A stretch of DNA of 64,000 bases from Thermoplasmata archaeon (GTDB lineage Archaea > Thermoplasmatota > Thermoplasmata > Lutacidiplasmatales > SKW197), in contig JAOAJK010000008.1 of NCBI GenBank assembly GCA_026414225.1, positions 1,797 to 65,796 of the forward strand. Direction: 5' to 3'. The notes under the pieces were generated by a model, which saw only the letters and a program-made list of their open reading frames with translations, was not told the DNA's origin and ran no database searches. A program made the translations under genes and the position numbers. Positions within the stretch are counted from its first letter, which is position 1. Each line of letters starts with the position of its first letter. This document shows, in pieces, positions 27,291 to 36,350 of this stretch.

Positions 27291-30263
27291 TCACCTGGTT
27301 CCATACATGTCCATGAATGTTTTTGCCCACTCAAGGGTTTCAGGTGTGATTGATGAACGGGTCTTTGAAAGGGCTTCAAGCAGATGCTCCATTTTCACTC
27401 CGAAGCCAGCAGCATGGGTTCTACCCCTCTGCTCCGGGCTCACAACAGTGTCCAGATACCTTGTAAATTCCATTTTTGCCCTCGTTTCGGGTCTCTCAAC
27501 CCCATAACCCTCCTCCCTGGCTACCATCTCCCTGATCGCAATCAACTTTGCCTCGTCCACAATTGCGGCAATGTCTGCACCGCTATAGCCCTCTGTGCGG
27601 TGGGCAAGCAATTTGTAGTCAATGTAGCCAACGGTCGGCACATCCTTCAGGTGAATCTTGAAGATGTCCTCCCTCGCTTTCAGATCTGGCTGCGGCACAT
27701 AAAAGATTTTATCAAATCTGCCTGGGCGGAGAAGTGCAGGGTCCAGCAAATGGGGACGGTTGGTTGTGGCTACCACTATTACCCTGTCCTTCGGTCTTAC
27801 GCCATCAAGTTCGGTGAGGAATTGAGATACAGCACGGTTGACTTCGGGTGTCTTCATGCTCTCTTTCGAAGCAAGTGCATCGATTTCATCAAAGAAAAGG
27901 ATGGAGGGGGCATTCTCCCTTGCCCTCGACATCACATCCCTGATTGCTGCCTCACTCTGGCCAGCAAGGGCACTGACAAGCTCTGGACCATTCACGACCT
28001 GTATGGGCACATTAAGTTCATTGCTGGCTGCACGCATGATGTGGGTCTTTCCGCAGCCGGGAGGTCCGAAAAGCAGAATGCCTTTCCCTGTTTTCAGCTT
28101 GAATTGTTCCATCAGTTCGGGTTTTGTCAGCGGAAGCTCCACATACTCTCTTAGCGCCTTCTTCACCTCTTCCAGTCCACCAACATCGTCAAACTTTATC
28201 ACCACCTTCTTCTCGGCTCTCTGCAACTGGTGCATCTTTCTCTCGTAGTCCATCTTCAACTTCTCGTATTCCTCCTTCATGCGCAGGGTGATGCTCGGCT
28301 TGATGTTTGGAAGGACTGTCAGGAAGTCATCCATTGAAATCAGGGAGGGCGTGTTGGTCCTGAGGGACCGTTTCATTGCCAGAATTGCTGCTTCTCTGAC
28401 CAGGTTCGCCAGGTCAGCACCTGAAAACCTTTCAGTTCGTTTTGCAATTTCAGTTAAATCAATATCCGGTGCAGTGGGTTTACCCATCAGATGCACCTTC
28501 AAAATGTCAATTCGCTCCTCAAAGTCCGGCGGAGGCACATAGATTATCTTGTCAAATCTGCCTGGTCGCATCAGAGCAGGGTCAACCATTTCTGGCTTGT
28601 TCGTGGTGCCCACTACAATGACACCGCCCGCCTTATCCAGTCCATCCATTTCCGCCAAAATTATGCTGAGCAACCTTGGAGAAACATCATCTGCAGAGTA
28701 CATATCCCTTCTCTTCGCAATGGCATCAACCTCATCGAGGAAGAGAATACAGGGTTTCCGGTCCTTCGCGGTTTTGAAGAGTTCCGCCACACGGTTTTCA
28801 CTCTCCCCATACCATTTTGACATCAGGTCAGAACATTTCACGCTTATCATTTCCACATGAAGCTCACTTGCGAGGGCTTTCATCAGGAGGGTCTTACCAC
28901 AACCGGGTGGTCCAAAAAGCAGCAATCCTTTGGGGGGCTCAAGCCCGAACTGCTCTGCCACATCCCTCCGGAGCAGGGGGACTATCATTGACTCCCTGAT
29001 GTCCGCCTTCACATCCTTCAAGCCCCCCACCATGTCAAAGGTGGTCTTGCTCAATGCCTTCATCTCCGCAATCCTCGTGCCGACTGCAGTGGCACCGATC
29101 TTGCTGGCAAAGTAACTTGTGAAGATGTCCCTGGAGAGGAGACCTATCGCTGTGGCCAGAAACACTGCAGGGATTATTCCTGGAAGAAGGGTATACGCAA
29201 TCAGCGGATAACTGTAATTTGGATTCATTGCCATTGCAAGCCCGCTCGATGCCATTAGAATTCCAGCCCCTATCATTGAATAAACCACCCAGTTTACCAT
29301 TGTCATCTTTTCCCGGTGCTCTATCAGCAAACTCACTACATAGACAGCCAGTGCCCAGAGAATTATCTCGACGAAGGGCATCAGTGAAAGGCCGAAGTTG
29401 GCAATTGCGGTTTCGAATACACGGTTATCCAGATTTGTGATGTTTGCAAATGCCGCCCCGAAATCAGTCAGCTGGAAATTCGCCAATGCGGGTTTTACCG
29501 CTTCCGTGTGTCCGGCTACGAGGGTCTTCATCCCGGGAGCCAGGGGACCTACGAAGAAACCCAGCACCTGATAATTCCCAAGTGTTACAAACACCGTCAG
29601 TAAAATCGTGCCCACAATTGAGACCGCAAGTCCCAAGATAAGGGAATAGACCATCGCAGCCACCATTGGCACTACGAATGGGAAACCGAGGGGTGCGAGA
29701 AATAGCATGAGATAAACCAGTGCTCCGAATTTCCAGTCGAACAGAGATACGCAAAGCACAAAAATGGAGGCAACGAGAAACACAAAGCCGAGTTCTGGGG
29801 ACTGGTAGCCTATCTCGGCGGTGGTGAAAAATGTGACAAGGATGAGCGAGAGCAGGGGATAACGGAAAGAGATTACACCCACCACAAATGTGATGAATAG
29901 AATCATCCACCAGGGATAGAATGGCATGAACACACTTGAGATGAGCCCGAGTCCGGCAAATGCAAATACTTTCAACCACTGGGGTGATTTTGTTTCACGG
30001 TCTATAAACTCTTTCAATATTTTCTGAAAGGGCTGCTTTTTCTTTTTTTCTTCCTTTGGTTTTTCTTCCGCCACAACCACTTCCTGGGGCACCTGAACAG
30101 GATAGTAACCGCCACCGTAGGTGAAGAAGCCCCCGCCTGGCTGGGGCATCTGCTGCTGGGGATATGCGGGGACAAAGTAGGGTTGCTGGGGAGCACTTTC
30201 CTGCGGGGTCATGCCCCTGTCCTCAGTCCTGCTCCATCTTCTATTTTTTCCCATCATGTGCAT
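27291..30263 (-). CDS. membrane-integrated tandem AAA+ ATPase (Cdc48/VCP-like D1-D2) with P/Q/Y-rich N-terminus and polytopic TM domain replacing the Cdc48 N-domain
   Basis: 990 aa. aa 19-60: PQQPYFVPAYPQQQMPQPGGGFFTYGGGYYPVQVPQ. aa ~96-380: about 9-10 hydrophobic helices. D1: GPPGCGKT (aa 451-458) with ILFLDEVD. D2: GPPGCGKT (aa 733-740) with ILFFDEID. Both modules contain ...TNRP/TNKP..DPALLRPGRFD (SRH). Confidence 0.85.
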   Translation of the reverse strand: MHMMGKNRRWSRTEDRGMTPQESAPQQPYFVPAYPQQQMPQPGGGFFTYGGGYYPVQVPQEVVVAEEKPKEEKKKKQPFQKILKEFIDRETKSPQWLKVFAFAGLGLISSVFMPFYPWWMILFITFVVGVISFRYPLLSLILVTFFTTAEIGYQSPELGFVFLVASIFVLCVSLFDWKFGALVYLMLFLAPLGFPFVVPMVAAMVYSLILGLAVSIVGTILLTVFVTLGNYQVLGFFVGPLAPGMKTLVAGHTEAVKPALANFQLTDFGAAFANITNLDNRVFETAIANFGLSLMPFVEIILWALAVYVVSLLIEHREKMTMVNWVVYSMIGAGILMASSGLAMAMNPNYSYPLIAYTLLPGIIPAVFLATAIGLLSRDIFTSYFASKIGATAVGTRIAEMKALSKTTFDMVGGLKDVKADIRESMIVPLLRRDVAEQFGLEPPKGLLLFGPPGCGKTLLMKALASELHVEMISVKCSDLMSKWYGESENRVAELFKTAKDRKPCILFLDEVDAIAKRRDMYSADDVSPRLLSIILAEMDGLDKAGGVIVVGTTNKPEMVDPALMRPGRFDKIIYVPPPDFEERIDILKVHLMGKPTAPDIDLTEIAKRTERFSGADLANLVREAAILAMKRSLRTNTPSLISMDDFLTVLPNIKPSITLRMKEEYEKLKMDYERKMHQLQRAEKKVVIKFDDVGGLEEVKKALREYVELPLTKPELMEQFKLKTGKGILLFGPPGCGKTHIMRAASNELNVPIQVVNGPELVSALAGQSEAAIRDVMSRARENAPSILFFDEIDALASKESMKTPEVNRAVSQFLTELDGVRPKDRVIVVATTNRPHLLDPALLRPGRFDKIFYVPQPDLKAREDIFKIHLKDVPTVGYIDYKLLAHRTEGYSGADIAAIVDEAKLIAIREMVAREEGYGVERPETRAKMEFTRYLDTVVSPEQRGRTHAAGFGVKMEHLLEALSKTRSSITPETLEWAKTFMDMYGTR

Positions 30264-30268
30264 TCACC

Positions 30269-31957
30269 TCAAACCGTGATTCTTTTTTCCTCCTCTTCTG
30301 TTTTCTTTCTTCTATATCTGAAATACCAGGATATTGGAACCGTAATGCAAGCAATCACCACGAGTGAGATTGCTACAGGTAAATAATTTTCTGAAAACAT
30401 GTTGATTTCCGCATACACTGGTGGCTTATCTGGCTCGTTGAAAAGGAAGGTTATTGTTTTGTTTGACTCATTTGTGAGTTCGTAGAATACAGTTTTGGTA
30501 ATGCCGTTGTAGGTGACCTCCACCGTGTAATTGCCCATGTAGAGCATCTGGAGGTCTGTGCCACCTGTGACATTCGGATAGGCAAAACCCATTACATTGG
30601 TTCTGGTATTGCAATCCCAGGTTTCATTGTAAATTTTAACTTCTGCATCTTTCACATACTTGTAAACCCTGTCATTTCTATCATAATTCAGGACTACAAC
30701 ATAAAACCACGAGAGAGTTTTCCCACCCGGGGTACTTACCGTATAGTTCACCGTGTAGTTGTATTCCTTTGAGACCGTGAGATTGAGGAGGATATCGTAT
30801 GCCTTAATCCTGAACTTTACTGAGATACCTGGCGGAAGGCCATCAATCACATAGTACCAGGTTGTGGAATTTATTCTCTCAAATACATCAACGCCAGTGG
30901 AGGGTTCAAGCCCTTCAGCGGAAAGGGTATACTCTATGTAGGCCGCATAGATGCTCACATTTGAAATTCTTGAAATTATGGTGACATTCACCGGCTCTCC
31001 CGCAGACACGGTAGAATTTGGAGTTTCTATCACATCAGGGGATGTGCGGATAATGATGTTCTGCTCAAATTTGGGATACTGCCATGTATTATTTTTTGAA
31101 ACGGTGTAGGTATAGTTTCTGGATTGCAAACTTCTAGAAGCATCCTTAGAGTCATCGAAAGCCACGATGTAGAAGGTAATCACTGTCTCTGGCAAATACC
31201 CTGGAATTGGAGAGGTCAGCTTCATGGTGAAGGAATCCTCGGGTGCAAAGGGCCAGTTATTGTATTTATATACCTGAGACCCCTCTTTGACGGTAAGGTT
31301 CATGTAGGCGGTGCCAATTTTAATGCCCGACTTGGTTGAGTCAATTGTAATTGAAACGCTGTCGTAGGCGTTGGGTGCAGCACCGTTTATTACATCTGGT
31401 GTTGCAATTACATGTATGCATTTTTCAAATGCCTCCTCCACAGTATTATTGTATGGCCAGGCACCCTGAACTTTATAGTAATAGATGTTAGAGACAAGCG
31501 TTGAAGGGGTGCTGGTGTAGTTGGTGACCTCAATCCTCCACCAGACCTGAGAGCCAGCAGGGAAATATTTTGCATTGTTGATTATGCAGTAACCAGAGTA
31601 ATCATCAATTCTGCGAAAAGAAAAGATGCCGGGGTTCATGTTCGGGATTTTTCTTCCATCCCAGTACAGCGCAGAGGTGATATTTATCACCGCACTGTCC
31701 AGCATCGTGGTGTAGTTCCTTATCCGGACCGTCACATTTATATTCTGGTTCTTCTCGGGCATTAAAGTTCCGGCAGGAGGGATTGCGGGTGAGACCGTAA
31801 ACTCCACAATCTCTTCAAATGTCTGGTTGTTCCACTCCTTTGGTGACACTTTTGGATGGCTGGTGGCAGGGAAGCCATCTGCAGACAACACCACGAGTAT
31901 GTTTGAAGGCAATACCGCCAGAATTAGCAGCAGAATCGCAATTTTTTGCAGGTTCAC
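30269..31957 (-). CDS. tail-anchored cell-surface glycoprotein-like protein, paralog B
   Basis: Signal peptide MNLQKIAILLLILAVLPS; about twenty N-x-S/T sequons by eye; C-terminal TM plus tail RRKKTEEEEKRITV. It shares the GAWPY and YTYTVSKNNTWQYP motifs with the upstream gene. Confidence 0.7.
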   Translation of the reverse strand: MNLQKIAILLLILAVLPSNILVVLSADGFPATSHPKVSPKEWNNQTFEEIVEFTVSPAIPPAGTLMPEKNQNINVTVRIRNYTTMLDSAVINITSALYWDGRKIPNMNPGIFSFRRIDDYSGYCIINNAKYFPAGSQVWWRIEVTNYTSTPSTLVSNIYYYKVQGAWPYNNTVEEAFEKCIHVIATPDVINGAAPNAYDSVSITIDSTKSGIKIGTAYMNLTVKEGSQVYKYNNWPFAPEDSFTMKLTSPIPGYLPETVITFYIVAFDDSKDASRSLQSRNYTYTVSKNNTWQYPKFEQNIIIRTSPDVIETPNSTVSAGEPVNVTIISRISNVSIYAAYIEYTLSAEGLEPSTGVDVFERINSTTWYYVIDGLPPGISVKFRIKAYDILLNLTVSKEYNYTVNYTVSTPGGKTLSWFYVVVLNYDRNDRVYKYVKDAEVKIYNETWDCNTRTNVMGFAYPNVTGGTDLQMLYMGNYTVEVTYNGITKTVFYELTNESNKTITFLFNEPDKPPVYAEINMFSENYLPVAISLVVIACITVPISWYFRYRRKKTEEEEKRITV

Positions 31958-31959
31958 AA

Positions 31960-33819
31960 TTACACCGTAATTCGTTTTTCCTCCTCCTCCGCTTTTTTCC
32001 TTCGCTGGACAAAGTAGTAGATTAAAGGCACGAGGAATATAGTGATACCGATAACTTCTCCCACCATTACAATATAATCCGGCTCAGACACCTCTGCATA
32101 GACAGGCGGTGCCTTCGGGGCATTTAGATAGCAGGTGATCGTGTTGCCCTCACGGAAAACCCGCACCCTTGTTGGTTTACCCGTGAAGTTAATCACGGAC
32201 TCATAAAGGGTCTCGTTATCATCCTGCTCCCTTGTGAGATTGTAGGAGAAATAAATTGTGGTATTATTGTTACTGTCGAGGTAAATTATTATCACATATT
32301 TTTCTCCTACGGTGAGATAATAGGGGGCATACTTGTTCCCGGTCATGTTGGGATATGTATAGCCAGTATAGTCCGTCTGGGTGTGGCACTGCCAGCTATC
32401 ATTCAGAATCGTGATGTTCACGAAGGGTAGGGGTCTCTCCACCTGCTCCTTTATATCCACTACACCTACATAGAAAATTGCTCTGGTTTTGCTTACCGCA
32501 GGTGGTAGCGTTTTCACAGAGTATGTATAGTTTTTTGAGGTGATTGGAGTATTGTTGACATCCCAGGCACGAATGTAGAAGGTAACATTGACACCTTGTG
32601 GCTGTCCTGGTATTATGTAGTAAAATTCAGTGCTCTTTATTCTTATCATCTGGTTTTTTGCCTTAAGTGGAACATTGTGCCATGTGTTGGAGATTGTGTA
32701 ATAAATGTAGGCCACTTTTATCGGAACATCCGAGAACAGGGATTCAATTGTGATATTCACATCGATTCCAATGTCCACCTGCGGTGTCTTGGTGGTGTTT
32801 GCGGTCACATTCTCCGGCTTTGATTTCACCCTGATGTTCTGAGCGAAATTGCTGGGATACTTCCAGGTGCCATTTTTTGATACGGTGTATTCGTAGGTGT
32901 CAGAATAGATTTTGTGATAGAACGGATCCCATGCCACAATCCTAAACATGCATCTGATTTCAGGTTTTGAGTGGTAATATCCTGAAATTCTAGCAGTGGC
33001 ATTCTTTGAGGGCCACTCACCTTCGCCTGGGGAAAAACCCAGATAGAAATCTTCTGTGGTGGAATCCGGATAAACCACTCTGCCCTCAATCGAAGCCCCC
33101 TGCAACTTCACATTTACATCAGGCTTCGTTTCCACATATACATCAACAGGATCTCCAATGTTGGGAGAGGCAGGTGCGAAATAGGCGATGAGGTTTCTAT
33201 CAAACAGGTCCTGGAGGGGCGGCTTATAAGGCCATGCCCCTCCAATCTCAAATGTGTATCTGCTGGATTCCAGATAGTGGGTTATCCAAGTCCCTGTTTG
33301 GGCGTCGTATGTGCAGTTGGAAACTGCGACCCACCAGGTAATTTTGGAACCGGGCTGGAAATTATACTCTCCCCCATCTCCATTCCTCGCCCAGATGACA
33401 ACCTTTACCTTGTATTCGTTCTCGCGGTAGTAGTAAGGTGCAGCATGACCTGAAGAATTGCGATGCCACACGGTGCCATCGCTCTCAGAATACCACTCCG
33501 TGCCATCCCAGAGTACATTGGTCACATTGACCATTGCGGAGGGCTGATATTGCTCGTTGCTGCTCTCAATCTTGTAGGGAGGTCTTGCTTCAATCGTGAT
33601 TGTCACATTTTGTTCTGGCTCTATGTAGGGATGATTGATAACATCTGGTTCTGCATAAATAGTGGCATATTTTTCCAAACTCTCATTTGTGGGCCATAAT
33701 ATGACGGGATTATGTACGCCTGAAACGACTGGTAATGGTTTTCCGTCTCCATGTTGTGCAAATCCTGACGGAGAAAGCATGAACAGAAGTGCAATCAACC
33801 AGCAAACAATCCCTTTCAT
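31960..33819 (-). CDS. tail-anchored cell-surface glycoprotein-like protein, paralog A
   Basis: Signal peptide MKGIVCWLIALLFMLSPSGFA; many N-x-S/T sequons; GGAWPY and YEYTVSKNGTWKYP motifs; C-terminal TM plus tail RRKKAEEEEKRITV. Confidence 0.7.
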   Translation of the reverse strand: MKGIVCWLIALLFMLSPSGFAQHGDGKPLPVVSGVHNPVILWPTNESLEKYATIYAEPDVINHPYIEPEQNVTITIEARPPYKIESSNEQYQPSAMVNVTNVLWDGTEWYSESDGTVWHRNSSGHAAPYYYRENEYKVKVVIWARNGDGGEYNFQPGSKITWWVAVSNCTYDAQTGTWITHYLESSRYTFEIGGAWPYKPPLQDLFDRNLIAYFAPASPNIGDPVDVYVETKPDVNVKLQGASIEGRVVYPDSTTEDFYLGFSPGEGEWPSKNATARISGYYHSKPEIRCMFRIVAWDPFYHKIYSDTYEYTVSKNGTWKYPSNFAQNIRVKSKPENVTANTTKTPQVDIGIDVNITIESLFSDVPIKVAYIYYTISNTWHNVPLKAKNQMIRIKSTEFYYIIPGQPQGVNVTFYIRAWDVNNTPITSKNYTYSVKTLPPAVSKTRAIFYVGVVDIKEQVERPLPFVNITILNDSWQCHTQTDYTGYTYPNMTGNKYAPYYLTVGEKYVIIIYLDSNNNTTIYFSYNLTREQDDNETLYESVINFTGKPTRVRVFREGNTITCYLNAPKAPPVYAEVSEPDYIVMVGEVIGITIFLVPLIYYFVQRRKKAEEEEKRITV

Positions 33820-33836
33820 TCAAATAGAGCATTGGG

Positions 33837-33851
33837 TTTAAATATAAAAAA
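33837..33851 (-). promoter_or_regulatory. TATA-like box for the surface-protein/AAA operon
   Basis: The minus strand reads ttttttatatttaaa, about 20-30 nt upstream of the ATG at 33819 (short or no leader). Confidence 0.4.
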
Positions 33852-34078
33852 GTTGTGGTAAACCTGGCAGTGGGTGTATTATCAAGGGACCTCGCGAACG
33901 CCTGCAGGGAACAGGTAATCCATTAATTGATTTTTCTATCTCCGTCAACAGGCGCCGTGGACTCTTATGCCTTGCGTCCGTTGTTCATCTGGAGCGGGAA
34001 TAACCCCAACGATGAAACTGCCCACAGCAAAATATAAATCCAAGAACCGAATTATGGAAAGCAGAACAAGGTGATTTG

Positions 34079-34783
34079 ATGATGAATGGCTATGTTCATA
34101 CCTATGTCAAGGGTCTAGATGAGCGGATTGAAGGGGGGATACCGAAGGGACATATCGTGCTCATCTGCGGCCCCGCTGGAAGCATGAAATCCTCTTTTAC
34201 ATTTAACATAATGTACAACTATGTACGGGAAAGAAAGGGGAAAGCCCTCTACCTTACACTGGAGCAGAGCCGGGAAAGCTTGATAAAGCAGATGAAGAAA
34301 CTCAACATGGACCCGGACAAGTTTAAGGAGGACATAGCTATTCTTGATATTGCCTGGCTGAGGAAGGAGCTTGAGGAATCCGGCGAGAAATCAATTAACT
34401 GGTTTGATTCGGTGCAGAAACAGCTGGTGAGTTACAGAGAGTTCATAGATTATGACCTTCTTGGTTTTGATTCCCTGGATGCTCTCTACACCCTTTCAGC
34501 AATAGACAATCCGAGGAGTGCGCTTTTCTTCTTCTTTGAAAAACTCAGAAACATGAAAATAACAGCGCTGATCATCTCCGAGATGAGTCCTGAGCGGCTC
34601 CACTTTGGAAAGTATGGTGTTGAGCCATTCCTAGCAGATGGAATAATCCATCTGGACCTTGAAAGAATCGGGAAGACCGTGGGAAGATTCATCAGCATCG
34701 TGAAGATGCGAGAGGTGAAGCATCCCACCGACTATTTTCCGCTGCTTGTTGACAGTGAGGGCTTCAAGATTGTGACAAGGTAA
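34079..34783 (+). CDS. KaiC/RecA-superfamily ATPase-like protein with non-canonical P-loop
   Basis: GLDERIEGGIPKGHIVLICGPAGSMKSSF (Met replaces the Gly before the P-loop Lys), a Walker-B-like LLGFDSLDAL, and ...SIVKMREVKH. KaiC-like single domain. Confidence 0.7.
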   Translation: MMNGYVHTYVKGLDERIEGGIPKGHIVLICGPAGSMKSSFTFNIMYNYVRERKGKALYLTLEQSRESLIKQMKKLNMDPDKFKEDIAILDIAWLRKELEESGEKSINWFDSVQKQLVSYREFIDYDLLGFDSLDALYTLSAIDNPRSALFFFFEKLRNMKITALIISEMSPERLHFGKYGVEPFLADGIIHLDLERIGKTVGRFISIVKMREVKHPTDYFPLLVDSEGFKIVTR

Positions 34784-34787
34784 TCAG

Positions 34788-35444
34788 ATGAACTTTGATG
34801 AATGGGAGCCCATATACCTCAAAATCCTGCAGGATTTTGGATTTTCAAGAGTTGATGATGAGGTTGCAGGGGTAACTCTCTTCAATCTTTTATCGGGAAA
34901 AAATCTTGTAAAACTGACAGAATTTGAAGAGCTCCTTATTGGCAAGGTAGTATGCGTTGTCGGGAATGCTCCGCATACTTTTGAGGCGCTACCAGATGCT
35001 GATGTTTACATTGCTGCAGACGGTGCAGCTAAAAAGATGCTTGAACACGGGACTCTCCCTGCAATAATCACCACCGACCTCGATGGAGATGTGAATGCTC
35101 AGATAAAGGCGAATAATGAAGGCACAATCGTTGTAGTGCATGCCCACGGAGATAACATCCCTCTTCTACAAAAGTATGTGCCCAGATTCAGGGGAAAGAT
35201 CATCGGCTCCACCCAGTCAACCCCTTACACACGTCTCATAAATTTTGGTGGTTTCACGGATGGGGACAGGGCGGTGTGCCTTGCCGCCCATTTCGAAGCG
35301 CGGGAAATCCTGCTCAAAAATTTCGATTTTGAAGATGTTTCTGCCGAAGAACCGGAAGTACGGGAAATAAAATTGAAAAAGCTGAAATGGGCGAAGAAGA
35401 TAATTGAGAACTGCGGGAAAAAGTCAGCGATTAAGTTTGTTTGA
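34788..35444 (+). CDS. mptE: 6-hydroxymethyl-7,8-dihydropterin pyrophosphokinase, archaeal MptE-like (DUF115)
   Basis: VCVVGNAP...AADGAA...ITTDLDGD...VVVHAHGDN...GFTDGDRA matches the MptE/DUF115 pattern. Confidence 0.7.
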   Translation: MNFDEWEPIYLKILQDFGFSRVDDEVAGVTLFNLLSGKNLVKLTEFEELLIGKVVCVVGNAPHTFEALPDADVYIAADGAAKKMLEHGTLPAIITTDLDGDVNAQIKANNEGTIVVVHAHGDNIPLLQKYVPRFRGKIIGSTQSTPYTRLINFGGFTDGDRAVCLAAHFEAREILLKNFDFEDVSAEEPEVREIKLKKLKWAKKIIENCGKKSAIKFV

Positions 35445-35449
35445 AAATC

Positions 35450-36295
35450 TCACTGTTTATTTTCAGTTTCCCCTTTTTTCTCTGTTTCTGGCTGTTTTTC
35501 TTCCTTCTTCTCCTCTTCCTTTCTTAGCAGATACTCTTCCGTGAATATGACCTTCCTGGTCTTAAATCGCTGTTTGATTTCGAGGATTAACCTTGCCTTT
35601 GCGGTAACCCACTTCAAGTCAAGAATCGCCCGCTCTGGCACCTTTATTTTTGCATCGACACCATGCACCTCAACCTCAAACCCTTCGTTGGTGCCGTACA
35701 CCATCTCGATTAGACCCCCAATCTTCTCTGTTTCCGTGTGGAGAGCTTTCTCAACCTTCATTTTGAACTTTACCTTCTTACCTGCATACGGGTGATTGAA
35801 ATCAATTCTTACTCTACCTGCGGTAACTGTAACAATCTTTCCTTCTCTCTGAACACCATTCTCATCCCTTATTGTGATAGTTTTTCCCACTTCGAGGGTT
35901 TCCCTGCCATCTCTGAATTCGGGAAGGTTAAGCACCTGGTTAAGCGGGAAGGTTCTTATCAATTCTGCCTTTCTTTCACCGTAAGCGTCTGCCGGCTCAA
36001 GAACAATTTCGTAGGTCTTACCTGTCTCAGCATTTCTTAAAACCTCCTCCACCTTTGGCAGGAGTTTGGTCCGTCCGAAGCACACAACTTCTGGTTTATA
36101 GTTCATCTCCGGAGAAAAGATCTTCTCCTTCTCTGCCAGCTCCCTGGAAGTAGTCATCACAAGCGTTTCGGTGTTTTCAGCGGTGTACACATACATGTCT
36201 GAGTTTAGGAGGATGAAATCTCCATCCTTGTATTTTTGCGGCTTTTCGGTGCTTGGAGCCTCGGTTTTTGATTCCACAGAAACTTCTTCAGTCAT
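35450..36295 (-). CDS. long-type FKBP peptidyl-prolyl cis-trans isomerase (SlyD-like, with IF insert and C-terminal domain)
   Basis: ...EIVLEPADAYGERKAELI...VTAGRVRIDFNHPYAGKKVKFKMKV... is the FKBP core with a flap insert, followed by an acidic/lysine tail. I trimmed the start to ATG 36295 (alternative 36316); the track ORF overlaps the upstream gene. Confidence 0.75.
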   Translation of the reverse strand: MTEEVSVESKTEAPSTEKPQKYKDGDFILLNSDMYVYTAENTETLVMTTSRELAEKEKIFSPEMNYKPEVVCFGRTKLLPKVEEVLRNAETGKTYEIVLEPADAYGERKAELIRTFPLNQVLNLPEFRDGRETLEVGKTITIRDENGVQREGKIVTVTAGRVRIDFNHPYAGKKVKFKMKVEKALHTETEKIGGLIEMVYGTNEGFEVEVHGVDAKIKVPERAILDLKWVTAKARLILEIKQRFKTRKVIFTEEYLLRKEEEKKEEKQPETEKKGETENKQ

Positions 36296-36350
36296 GGAAA
36301 TCACAACGGCACGCATACACTTTTCCAATATAATTTTATCGCTTCCCCGC

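Noticed and set aside
27384-28248. 256-aa and 136-aa plus-strand ORFs opposite the AAA+ ATPase
   Set aside because: They are antisense to a frame carrying two complete Walker A/B/SRH sets. They have no motifs and an unusual composition.
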